A stretch of DNA of 64,000 bases, taken from positions 93,433 to 157,432 of the forward strand of contig DAIUFP010000006.1 of assembly GCA_036844565.1 (NCBI GenBank). The letters are read 5' to 3'. Position numbers and translations under genes: made by a program. This DNA comes from Gemmatimonadaceae bacterium. GTDB lineage: Bacteria > Gemmatimonadota > Gemmatimonadetes > Gemmatimonadales > Gemmatimonadaceae. Position 1 is the stretch's first letter, and each line of letters begins with the position of its first letter. A model generated the notes under the pieces. That model did not search any database. It saw nothing but the letters and a program-made list of their open reading frames with translations, and had not been told where the DNA came from. This document shows, in pieces, positions 1-7,789 of this stretch.

Positions 1-183
1 CCGTTCAAGACCGCCACAGTGTGGATCGACGACGCTGATGCGGTGATCCGTCAGTTCGAGGTCACGGAAACGACCGGCGTGCAGCGCCGCATCCGGCTGA
101 CCTCGTTCAAGAGCAACGTTCCCGTCGACGCCAGCGCGTTCGTATTCACGCCTCCGGCTGGCGTGAGGATAGTGGCGAGGTAG
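1..183 (+). CDS. 3' end of a LolA-like outer-membrane lipoprotein carrier/sorting protein (partial, runs off the window)
   Basis: Frame-1 translation PFKTATVWIDDADAVIRQFEVTETTGVQRRIRLTSFKSNVPVDASAFVFTPPAGVRIVAR*, with TAG at 181-183. The C-terminal pattern resembles LolA-like proteins, judged by eye only. Confidence 0.4.
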   Translation, partial: PFKTATVWIDDADAVIRQFEVTETTGVQRRIRLTSFKSNVPVDASAFVFTPPAGVRIVAR

Positions 184-187
184 TTAC

Positions 188-263
188 GGAGGATGATAGG
201 ATGATAGGAAGGTAGGATGATAGGACTGCTGAGCTTTCCTATCCTCCTATCATCCTATCTTCC
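188..263. repeat. Imperfect hairpin built from tandem GGAT/GATA short repeats
   Basis: The left arm ggaggatgataggatgataggaaggtaggatgatagga is roughly complementary to the right arm cctatcctcctatcatcctatcttcc. It lies between the stop at 183 and the start at 270. Confidence 0.5.
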
Positions 264-269
264 TGCCCC

Positions 270-500
270 ATGCGTCCCCTCACCCGCCTCCGCCGGCTGT
301 GCCTCGTGCTGCCCGAGGCACACGAAGTCGAGGCATGGGGCGCACCAACCTTCCGCGTGAAAAACAAGCTCTTCGCCATGTTCGCAGCAGCGTCAGATCA
401 TCACGGAGCGGGCAGGAATGGTGTGTGGCTAAAGGCCGCGCCCGGCAATCAACAGCTCATGGTCCGCGACGCGCCCGAGCTCCTGCTCGAGGAGTCCTGA
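270..500 (+). CDS. MmcQ/YjbR-family protein, apparently short at the C-terminus (76 aa)
   Basis: LRRLCLVLPEAHEVEAWGAPTFRVKNKLFAMF is typical of the YjbR N-terminal half. The usual C-terminal part seems to be missing. Confidence 0.55.
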   Translation: MRPLTRLRRLCLVLPEAHEVEAWGAPTFRVKNKLFAMFAAASDHHGAGRNGVWLKAAPGNQQLMVRDAPELLLEES

Positions 501-519
501 AAAAGGTTATCCCTTTTTC
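499..519. terminator. Small hairpin between convergent genes (gaaaaagg-ttatc-cctttttc)
   Basis: Perfect 8-bp stem that overlaps the stop codons of 270..500 (+) and 507..749 (-). Confidence 0.35.
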
Positions 520-749
520 TTCGTCGTGCGGGTCACATACTCACGATTTTCCTCGACGAGCTCCGTGATGTGCTTGGCGCGCATGCCCGCATCGGGACCG
601 GTATCGGCCACCGCTCCACCGAGACGAACGTCGTCTCGCAAGTGATTGGGGCCCTCGGGATCCGAGACGAGATCGTCCACATCCGCTGTACGGACCTTGA
701 AGTGTCCGTGGACGTCCCGTCCGTTGTGCGGCTTGTTGCGCTCAGACAT
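507..749 (-). CDS. Hypothetical small charged protein (80 aa)
   Basis: Open frame with non-repetitive composition that fills the gap between neighbouring genes. I recognise no family. Confidence 0.45.
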   Translation of the reverse strand: MSERNKPHNGRDVHGHFKVRTADVDDLVSDPEGPNHLRDDVRLGGAVADTGPDAGMRAKHITELVEENREYVTRTTKKKG

Positions 750-792
750 TCCTCTGCTCCATCGTTGAATGGAACAACAAGGGAGGCAAGGA

Positions 793-1251
793 CTACACCA
801 CGCGGAGGTCCTTGGCGAAAACGCCCTTGTAGCGGCTCACCTCGCTGCGCTCACGGTCCAGCTCGGGGATGTGGCGTGGCTCGAAGCCAAAGAGCCTGAA
901 GAACGCCTCATCGTTGCTCACCGCGAACAGCGTCGCGATGCCGCGTTGGCGTGCGAGTGCCTCCGTCGCGACGACGAGCGCTCGGCCCACGCCCCTTCCC
1001 TGCCCATCGTGCGACACAGCGAGCGACCGAAGCTCCGAGAGGCTCGGCGCATATTCATCGAGGTGAACACAACCGATGACGCGCCCATTCTCCTGGGCGA
1101 CGATGAAGTTGTGCGCGTTCATCGCAATGAAGTCCTCGGTCCTCGGCAACAATGTTCCGTCGCTCACGTATGCGTCGATCAGCGTTCGGATCGCCATCGC
1201 ATCCTTCGTCGTCGCGTGGCGGGTACGCACCGCATCCGTCGGGGTGATCAC
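793..1251 (-). CDS. GNAT-family N-acetyltransferase (ArgA-like short form)
   Basis: Acetyl-CoA motif SHDGQGRGVGRALV. The GTG start overlaps the upstream stop (GTGA). Confidence 0.8.
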   Translation of the reverse strand: MITPTDAVRTRHATTKDAMAIRTLIDAYVSDGTLLPRTEDFIAMNAHNFIVAQENGRVIGCVHLDEYAPSLSELRSLAVSHDGQGRGVGRALVVATEALARQRGIATLFAVSNDEAFFRLFGFEPRHIPELDRERSEVSRYKGVFAKDLRVV

Positions 1252-2831
1252 TTGCTCACTGCCACTCGTCCGAGGAGTTCCGTTGGCGTGTGAACACCGT
1301 GCAGCAGGGTCATCGCACGTTGCATGGTGGGATCCTCACGCAGGTTGCGCGCAAACTCCGCCTGCGGGCCAAAGACAAAGCGTGCCAGCTGAGAGGTCAA
1401 TGAACGATCGACGAGCCCGTTCGCCGCATCGAAGATGGTACGGTTCACGGTCACGCCCCGGGCCTGCAGGCGGCGAAAGAGATCGTCGCGCATAGCCGGC
1501 GTGACAGTGAAGTTCGTGTCGCGGACGGACTTCGCCACCTTCATCGAAAGGGCAAGGTCGACGACGGCATCCCTGAAGCGCGGCGCCTTCGCGCCAAGGG
1601 CGATCTGCAACGCCCGGTCCGACGGCGACACCACGCGCAACGCGACTTCGATGTCCGGCACGATGCCTCCGCCACCGAGCACTGTACGTCCCCCGTCCGT
1701 CTTGAACTTCGGCCGGGCGGAAGCCGTGTCCGTCTTCGGAGGCGCATCAGCGTTGTCGTCCTTCACCGGAACGCGCGGACGGTTGATGCTGCGCCCACTC
1801 GGGGTATACCAGAGCGCGGTGGTGATCTTCAACGCGCTGTTCTCGATGCGAAAGACGCGCTGCGCGCTGCCCTTTCCGTACGTGGCCGTGCCGACGAGGA
1901 CCGCGCGGTCGTGATCCTGGAGTGCACCCGCCACAATCTCGCTTGCCGACGCGGAGGAACTGTCGGTCAGAACGACGATCGGCATGTCCGGCCAGCGCTG
2001 CGGAGCGCGATCCTCAAAGGCGCGCGTCTCCGCCTCGTCACGGCCCTTCGTGGCCACGATCGCCTGCCGGCTGTCGAGAAAGAGGTCGGCCACGTCGATG
2101 CCCTGACCAAGCAACCCGCCCGGATCACTGCGAAGATCCAGGACCAGCGAGTGCGCGCCGGCGTTCCGGAGCGAATCGATGGCCATCTTCAGGTCATTCG
2201 CCGCCTCTGCGCTGAATACAGTGAGGTCGACGTATCCGACGCCGTCGCCCACGATGGACGCGTGTTGTACCGGGTTCACCGCGATGTTGCGGCGGGTGAG
2301 CGTGAAGGGCATTCGATCGGTGACGCCCGGTCGCACCACCAGCACGTGCACCGCCGTGCCAGCAGCACCGCGCAGCGATTTGAGCGCCTCATCCGTGGTG
2401 AAGCCGAGGGTCGGCTTGCCTTCGATGGAGACGATCCGATCGCCGACGAGCAGCCCGACGTCCTCCGCGGGCGATCCCGGTAGCGTGCCGATGATGGTGA
2501 CGCCACTATCGCGCACGTCCATCTGAATGCCGACGCCCGCATAGTGCCCACTCGTGCTTTCATCGAGGCGTCCGAGGCGGCGCGGATCGAGAAACACGGT
2601 GTGCGGATCGTGCAGTTCGCCGAGCGCGCCATCGATCGCGTGGCGGTACAGGATGGAATCCGCGAGCGTGTCGACATAGTCGCGACGGACGTGCTGCACC
2701 ACCTCGTCAAAGAGGTGCTTGCTGGCCGGCAGGTCGCGCCCAACGGGATGCGAACCGTGCTCGACGATCCATCCCCCCGTCACGAGCGCGCTCGAGAACA
2801 CGGCAAGCCCCAGGATGCTCCTGTTCTTCAT
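1248..2831 (-). CDS. S41-family C-terminal processing peptidase with PDZ domain
   Basis: PDZ segment GVGIQMD...GTLPGSPAEDVGLLVGDRIVSIEG and S41 core LDLRSDPGGLL / SASASEIVAGALQDHDRAVLVGTATYGKG. Start chosen at MKNRSILGLAVFSS (signal-like); the ORF extends to 2945. Confidence 0.85.
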   Translation of the reverse strand: MKNRSILGLAVFSSALVTGGWIVEHGSHPVGRDLPASKHLFDEVVQHVRRDYVDTLADSILYRHAIDGALGELHDPHTVFLDPRRLGRLDESTSGHYAGVGIQMDVRDSGVTIIGTLPGSPAEDVGLLVGDRIVSIEGKPTLGFTTDEALKSLRGAAGTAVHVLVVRPGVTDRMPFTLTRRNIAVNPVQHASIVGDGVGYVDLTVFSAEAANDLKMAIDSLRNAGAHSLVLDLRSDPGGLLGQGIDVADLFLDSRQAIVATKGRDEAETRAFEDRAPQRWPDMPIVVLTDSSSASASEIVAGALQDHDRAVLVGTATYGKGSAQRVFRIENSALKITTALWYTPSGRSINRPRVPVKDDNADAPPKTDTASARPKFKTDGGRTVLGGGGIVPDIEVALRVVSPSDRALQIALGAKAPRFRDAVVDLALSMKVAKSVRDTNFTVTPAMRDDLFRRLQARGVTVNRTIFDAANGLVDRSLTSQLARFVFGPQAEFARNLREDPTMQRAMTLLHGVHTPTELLGRVAVSK

Positions 2832-2839
2832 GCGAACGA

Positions 2840-3487
2840 TCACCGTTCGGTCACCATGGCAAGCACCCTTTGCGCGACATCGTCCTCCGTCCCCGTGGCA
2901 TCTACTGAAACTATCGGGCCGCATTCCGGGTGAGCGGCCTGCCACTCCGGCTCGGCGAAGCTCGTGAGCGCCGCGGCCACGCGCTCGTGAAAGGAATCAC
3001 CAAACGCCTCGATGCGGTCGTGCGACGACGCGCGCCCTGCGGCACGCTCGAGCCCCTGATGCACGGGATATCGCAGCAGGAGCGTGAGGTCGGGCACCAG
3101 ACTATCCGTCGCAAAGGCGTTGGCGGCGCGAATCGCCGACTCGTCGAGATGATGTCCCGCGACTTGATACGCGTACGTCGACAGGAAGAAGCGGTCGAGC
3201 AGAACGTAGTCGCCGCGTTCGAGCGCCGGACGAATCTCGCGCACCACCAACTGCGCACGCGATGCCATGAACAACAGCGCCTCAGCGCGCGGATCGATGT
3301 CGGACGCAGGATCGAGCAACAGCCGACGCACACTTGTTCCAAGCGGAGTTCCGCCCGGCTCGCGAACGCACAAGTGACCGACACCCTTCTGCGCCAGCAA
3401 AGCCGAGAGGCGCCGAAGCTGGGTCGTCTTGCCCGAGCCTTCGCCCCCCTCGAATACGATCAAGCGCCCCCGGTCGACCTGCGCCAT
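2840..3487 (-). CDS. tmk: dTMP (thymidylate) kinase
   Basis: P-loop FEGGEGSGKTTQ followed by REPGGTPLG. Confidence 0.9.
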   Translation of the reverse strand: MAQVDRGRLIVFEGGEGSGKTTQLRRLSALLAQKGVGHLCVREPGGTPLGTSVRRLLLDPASDIDPRAEALLFMASRAQLVVREIRPALERGDYVLLDRFFLSTYAYQVAGHHLDESAIRAANAFATDSLVPDLTLLLRYPVHQGLERAAGRASSHDRIEAFGDSFHERVAAALTSFAEPEWQAAHPECGPIVSVDATGTEDDVAQRVLAMVTER

Positions 3488-3493
3488 GCGACG

Positions 3494-3847
3494 TCAGCCC
3501 AGAGTGATGATGGAGCTCTGCGCGCCCTTCTCGATGCCGTCGACGATCCAATCATTCACCTTCGCCATTGTCTTGTCGAAGTTCTCCTGTGCGGAGACGA
3601 GGCGCTGGTACACCGGCTGGCCCTGTACCTGGCCGAGCAGCCCGTCGAGCTCCTTCTCCATCTCCTCCGTGGGGCGCTCGCCGCGCTGGATCATCTGCTG
3701 CGCGTTCAAGCGAAGCTGCTCCATCTGCTTCAGCAGCATGACGGCGGCCTTGTCCTCGCCCAGCGCATCGTTGGCGCGCTTCACTGCCTTGTATTCGGCG
3801 CTCTGCCCGATGAGGCGACCGAGCTCCTTTGCCTTGCCTTCGATCAT
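3494..3847 (-). CDS. YlbF/YmcA-like (UPF0342) helical protein
   Basis: MIEGKAKELGRLIGQSAEYKAVKRANDAL... with helical heptad character. GGAGG lies upstream of the ATG at 3847; the ORF extends to 3901. Confidence 0.55.
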   Translation of the reverse strand: MIEGKAKELGRLIGQSAEYKAVKRANDALGEDKAAVMLLKQMEQLRLNAQQMIQRGERPTEEMEKELDGLLGQVQGQPVYQRLVSAQENFDKTMAKVNDWIVDGIEKGAQSSIITLG

Positions 3848-3848
3848 C

Positions 3849-4733
3849 CTATTCCTCCCTTCGTCGTGCGACCACGAATCGTTCGCGGCCGGTGAGATCA
3901 AGCAAAACGCGTACGTCGACGTATGCCTCGTTCGCCCCCGCGAGCTCGGCGACCAGTGCGGCGCGCCGAACGTCTACTTCGAGTGCCAGCAGTCCGGATG
4001 GAGCGAGCAGCGGAGCCGCGTCGCGAATCAGTTGCGCCGTAACCGCCATGCCGTCGTCCCCCGCAAAGAGCGCGACGGACGGTTCCCAGTCGCGAACCGC
4101 AGCGGGCAGCGCGGCGGCCTCGCTGAACGCAATGTAGGGCGGATTGGATACGATCGCTGCGATGCCCGTCTCCGAGACTGGGCCGAGCAGCGACCCATGC
4201 CGGAGGTCGACGGATGCGCAGCAGCGATGGGCGAACTTTGCGACGTTCGCCCGAGCGACAGCCAACGCGTCGAGCGACACGTCCGTACCGATCACCTGCT
4301 CGAAGCGCCCCTCGCTCGCGAGCGCGATCGCGATCGCGCCGGATCCCGTGCCGACGTCAACCGCGATTCCGCCACGTGCACTTCGCGTCTGCTCGAGCAC
4401 GTACTCCACGAGCTGCTCCGTCTCTGGGCGCGGGATCAGCACGCGCGGGTCGACATCGAGCGTCAGGTGGCGGAACGCGGCGCGTCCCGCCGCATACTGG
4501 GTCGGCATCCCCGTGGCGCGCCGGCGTGCGGCGTCCAGCGCCGCCTCCGCGTCGGCGCTTGGCAGCGACTGCTCCGCCGAGGTGGAGGGCCAGAAGCGCG
4601 GCATGTCGTGCAACAGTGCGAGCAGCTCGCGCGCTTCGTCCTTCGACGACAGGATCTCCGCCATGCGCGTCACCGTTTCGCCGACCGTGCCCGGTGCGAT
4701 CGCCACCTCAGCCACCGAGTTGCTCTTCGACAT
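3849..4733 (-). CDS. prmC: Release-factor glutamine N5-methyltransferase
   Basis: NPPY motif (IVSNPPYI), SAM motif VDVGTGSGAIAI, and position directly downstream of prfA. The start is uncertain (4733 ATG or 4715 GTG; the ORF extends to 4775). Confidence 0.85.
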   Translation of the reverse strand: MSKSNSVAEVAIAPGTVGETVTRMAEILSSKDEARELLALLHDMPRFWPSTSAEQSLPSADAEAALDAARRRATGMPTQYAAGRAAFRHLTLDVDPRVLIPRPETEQLVEYVLEQTRSARGGIAVDVGTGSGAIAIALASEGRFEQVIGTDVSLDALAVARANVAKFAHRCCASVDLRHGSLLGPVSETGIAAIVSNPPYIAFSEAAALPAAVRDWEPSVALFAGDDGMAVTAQLIRDAAPLLAPSGLLALEVDVRRAALVAELAGANEAYVDVRVLLDLTGRERFVVARRREE

Positions 4734-5775
4734 CGGCCATTCGCAGGGCCTCGATAATCGGCTCGATGTGCCCATCCATTACGGCCGCGAGATCGTGCGT
4801 CGTGAAGCCGATGCGGTGATCGGTGATGCGGCTCTGCGGATAGTTGTACGTCCGAATCTTTGCGGATCGATCACCCGTGCCCACCTGCGATTTCCGCATC
4901 TTCGATCGCGTCGCTTCCGCTTCCGCCACGCGAAGATCGAGCAAGCGCGCGCGCAACACTTCCATCCCCTTGAGCTTGTTCTGGAGTTGCGACTTCTGGT
5001 CCTGCTGCGAGACCACCAGCCCCGTTGGCAGGTGCGTGATGCGAACCGCCGAATCGGTAGTGTTCACGCTCTGGCCGCCCGGTCCACTCGCACGGAATAC
5101 GTCGATCCGAAGATCCTTGTCCTCGATGCGGACGTCTACTTCCTCTGCCTCCGGCAGCACGGCGACGGTCGCCGCCGAGGTGTGAATGCGGCCCTGTGTT
5201 TCCGTCGCCGGAACGCGCTGCACACGGTGGACGCCGCTCTCCCAGCGCATGGCTCCGAAAGCTCCGGCGCCAGACACCTTAAAAATTGCTTCCTTCACGC
5301 CGCCGAGCGTGCCGTCGGAATGCGAGATGCTCTCGCGCTTCCAGCCGGAGCGTTCGATGAATCGTGTGTACATGCGAAAGAGATCGGCGGCGAACAGCGC
5401 GGCTTCGTCTCCGCCGGTTCCGGAGCGGATCTCGATGATGGCGTTGCGGTCGTCGAGCGGATCGTGCGGCAGCAGCGCGGGCTTGAGCTGGACCTCGAGC
5501 TGCGCGATGCGCTCCTCGAGGCTCGCGACTTCACGCGCGGCTTCTTCGGCCATTTCAGGGTCGCCAACAGCAGAAACGAGCTCGCGTGCTTCCGCGAGCT
5601 CGTTCTCCTGCCGATCGAGCTGGGCCGCCAGTTCCACTACAGGCTGGAGGCGGCGGTGCTCCCGGCCGAGCTCGGCGACTTTGGTGGAGTCGCCGAAGGT
5701 GTCGGGATTGGAAAGCAGCCGCTCGACCTCCGCCGCTCGGGCGAGTGCGTCGCCGAGCAGGTCGCGGAGGCTCAG
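4708..5775 (-). CDS. prfA: Peptide chain release factor 1
   Basis: PAT tripeptide (RVPATETQGR) and GGQ (ASGPGGQSVN). Alignment by eye to E. coli RF1 places the N-terminus near LSLRDLLGD. The only candidate start there is CTG at 5775, with aaggagag upstream. Confidence 0.88.
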   Translation of the reverse strand: MSLRDLLGDALARAAEVERLLSNPDTFGDSTKVAELGREHRRLQPVVELAAQLDRQENELAEARELVSAVGDPEMAEEAAREVASLEERIAQLEVQLKPALLPHDPLDDRNAIIEIRSGTGGDEAALFAADLFRMYTRFIERSGWKRESISHSDGTLGGVKEAIFKVSGAGAFGAMRWESGVHRVQRVPATETQGRIHTSAATVAVLPEAEEVDVRIEDKDLRIDVFRASGPGGQSVNTTDSAVRITHLPTGLVVSQQDQKSQLQNKLKGMEVLRARLLDLRVAEAEATRSKMRKSQVGTGDRSAKIRTYNYPQSRITDHRIGFTTHDLAAVMDGHIEPIIEALRMADVEEQLGG

Positions 5776-5779
5776 GGGG

Positions 5780-6022
5780 TCAGCTCTCCTTCGTCTCGCC
5801 CGCGGGTGCGGCCTTGGCGTCCGGCTTCGCCTGGTACTTCTGGCGGAAGCGCTCGACGCGACCAGCGGTATCGAGCAGGCGCTGCTTGCCGGTGTAGAAC
5901 GGGTGGCACTCGGCGCATACGTCGGTGTGGATCTCGGCGATGGTGGAGCGGGTCTCGAAGGTATTGCCGCACGCACACTTGACGACTGCGGTGGCGTACT
6001 CTGGATGGATGTCGGTCTTCAT
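5780..6022 (-). CDS. rpmE: 50S ribosomal protein L31 (Zn-ribbon type)
   Basis: MKTDIHPEY...CxC...[13 protein letters not shown]. Confidence 0.95.
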   Translation of the reverse strand: MKTDIHPEYATAVVKCACGNTFETRSTIAEIHTDVCAECHPFYTGKQRLLDTAGRVERFRQKYQAKPDAKAAPAGETKES

Positions 6023-6173
6023 TTTAGCCCTGCCTGAGCGGATGGTGCAATTCTGGAATAGCTATGCAATGTAGCGGACCCCATGGGGTACGGACAAGCG
6101 CCCGTCAGTATTAATGGGTTTGTGAGGGGAAAGTTCCGAAAAACCAGCTCGGGCTCGGGCTCGCGCGGAAAAG

Positions 6174-6346
6174 GCCGAGCCAAACTCCAGACGATAGTAC
6201 CGAGTACCTGGAGTACATGAGTACGAAGTACACTACCCTTCGGAAAGAGGTTGGCGCCGGCGCAGCCCAACTTTCCAAAGGTTCAGTGGTACTCCGTACT
6301 CCGGTACTCGGGTACTCGGTACTACAAGTCTGGAGTTTGGCTCGGC
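6174..6346. repeat. 173-bp GTAC-rich imperfect inverted repeat (long hairpin, MITE/REP-like)
   Basis: Perfect 19-bp termini gccgagccaaactccagac / gtctggagtttggctcggc. The arms contain 5 and 6 GTAC motifs spaced 7-8 nt apart. The element starts 3 nt from the stop of 6349..6837 and lies upstream of rpmE. Confidence 0.8.
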
Positions 6347-6348
6347 TG

Positions 6349-6837
6349 TTAGGTGCCGATCCCCGCCACCATGGGAATTCCGACAAAGAAAACATGTCCA
6401 ACGAGCATCTCGAAGTACGCCGGTGTAAACGCTGGCAGCCTGTGCGTCATCGTCGGAATCACGACGAGCGACATCACCAGCCAGATCATGGGCCCAAAAA
6501 CGGCTGCAACCTTCAACCTCCCGTACGGCGAGTCGATCACCGCGCGCAGCCTGTACGATCGCCGAACGGCGAGCAGCAACAGCGCGGACCAGGTGAACGC
6601 CACGAGAACGTGGAGTGCCAAACCAGCGGCGACGGTGGTCATGCCGCCGTCGAGGGCCGTCTTGCCGAGTGGAACACTGGCCACGCCCTGCCACATGCGC
6701 GTCGCAGTGACGCCCCGCACGAAGACGCCGAATGTGGTCGCGAACAGACCGTCGACGATGGAGACAAGCACGCCCGCACGAATGAGCCGATGAATGGAAC
6801 TGTCCGCGCCCGCGAAGCGCAGGGTTGCTGACGACAT
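6349..6837 (-). CDS. Hypothetical polytopic membrane protein (162 aa)
   Basis: Four or five hydrophobic segments (LVSIVDGLFATTFGVFV, AAGLALHVLVAFTWSALLLLAV, VFGPMIWLVMSLVVIP, MLVGHVFFVGIPMVAGI). Confidence 0.55.
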   Translation of the reverse strand: MSSATLRFAGADSSIHRLIRAGVLVSIVDGLFATTFGVFVRGVTATRMWQGVASVPLGKTALDGGMTTVAAGLALHVLVAFTWSALLLLAVRRSYRLRAVIDSPYGRLKVAAVFGPMIWLVMSLVVIPTMTHRLPAFTPAYFEMLVGHVFFVGIPMVAGIGT

Positions 6838-7018
6838 TGGTCCTCACTGACGAGGTGGAGGGAGGCGCCTTGGAGGGAGCGGAAAAACTGCTTCGCAAGT
6901 GATGACGCCGCAACCACTTCAGAGGACGTTTCCAAAGCGGCTCACGTTTGACAGGCCCTCGGGCACCCAATACGTTTTCGGACACCTCCCTCCTCTGGTT
7001 TCCAGCGGGTCCCGCCGC

Positions 7019-7699
7019 GTGATCGCTCAGACAGCAGATTTTCTCGCCAGCGTCCCGCTCTTCCGCGGCCTGGATCACGACGAGCTCGCCAAATTCGGTG
7101 AGCTCGTCCGTGAACGTTCGTATCCCAAGGGAAGCGTCATCCTGTTTCAGGACGACCCCGGCGATTCGCTCTACATCCTTCGCACCGGCCGAGTGAAGGT
7201 CGTGCTCATTGGCGAAGATGGGCGCGAGGTCATCCTCGGCGTGCTCGAATCGGGCGCGCACTTCGGTGAGCTCGCGCTCATCGACGATCAGCCGCGATCG
7301 GCACACGTGATTGCGATGGAAGACTCGCAGCTGCTCATTCTTCGGCGTGAGGATTTCAGGCGTCGCGTCGATGCAAGTCCGAGCGTTGCATGGGCGCTGC
7401 TCTGCGAGCTGTCGCGTCGCCTCCGTCGCGCCGACGAGAAGATCGGTGGCCTCGTGTTGCTCGACGTCCCCGGCCGCATTGCCCGCCTCCTGCTCGACCT
7501 CTCCGAAGAGAGCGGCGGGCCGTCGATCGAGAAGGCCCTCACGCATCAGACCATCGCGCAGATGATCGGCGCGAGTCGCGAGACCGTGTCGCGGTCGATG
7601 AAGGAATTCCAGGACGAGGGCCTCATTCGGGTGGAGCGTCGCCGCATCTCCATCGCCGACCGCCAGCTGCTCGAGAAGCGCGCGCAGGTACGCGTGTGA
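7019..7699 (+). CDS. Crp/Fnr-family transcriptional regulator
   Basis: cNMP-binding domain (LFRGLDHDELAKF...FGELALID) and C-terminal HTH (THQTIAQMIGASRETVSRSMKEF). The start is uncertain: GTG at 7019 gives about 226 aa, and the ORF extends to 6899. Confidence 0.85.
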   Translation: MIAQTADFLASVPLFRGLDHDELAKFGELVRERSYPKGSVILFQDDPGDSLYILRTGRVKVVLIGEDGREVILGVLESGAHFGELALIDDQPRSAHVIAMEDSQLLILRREDFRRRVDASPSVAWALLCELSRRLRRADEKIGGLVLLDVPGRIARLLLDLSEESGGPSIEKALTHQTIAQMIGASRETVSRSMKEFQDEGLIRVERRRISIADRQLLEKRAQVRV

Positions 7700-7710
7700 C
7701 CAGAGTCACA
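7695..7710. promoter_or_regulatory. Perfect CRP/FNR-type palindrome TGTGA-N6-TCACA
   Basis: tgtgaccagagtcaca read directly from the sequence. It overlaps the crp-like stop codon (7697-7699) and lies about 80 nt upstream of the MBL hydrolase start. Confidence 0.5.
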
Positions 7711-7789
7711 GGTGCCGCGTGACCCGCTCCTTTGCGTTCCCAGGCCCTGAAGTGGCATACTGTCGCGTGAATGACGGGTGCTCGCGCTG

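Noticed and set aside
270-500. Truncated YjbR-like gene as evidence of another insertion
   Set aside because: The protein looks short, but the downstream sequence is a convergent gene and a small hairpin with no repeat or foreign DNA. The evidence is insufficient.
4144-5982. 612-aa plus-strand ORF
   Set aside because: It is antisense to prmC and prfA and has an unnatural Ser/Arg/Ala-rich sequence.
6233-7546. 437-aa minus-strand ORF
   Set aside because: It is antisense to the well-supported Crp/Fnr gene and out of frame over the 162-aa membrane-protein gene and the GTAC repeat. It has Arg/Ala-rich high-GC shadow-frame composition and no recognisable motifs.
7753-7767. Sigma-54-like promoter tggcat-actg-tcgc upstream of the MBL hydrolase gene
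   Set aside because: The GG-to-GC spacing is one nt short of the -24/-12 consensus, and the -12 element is TCGC rather than TTGC.
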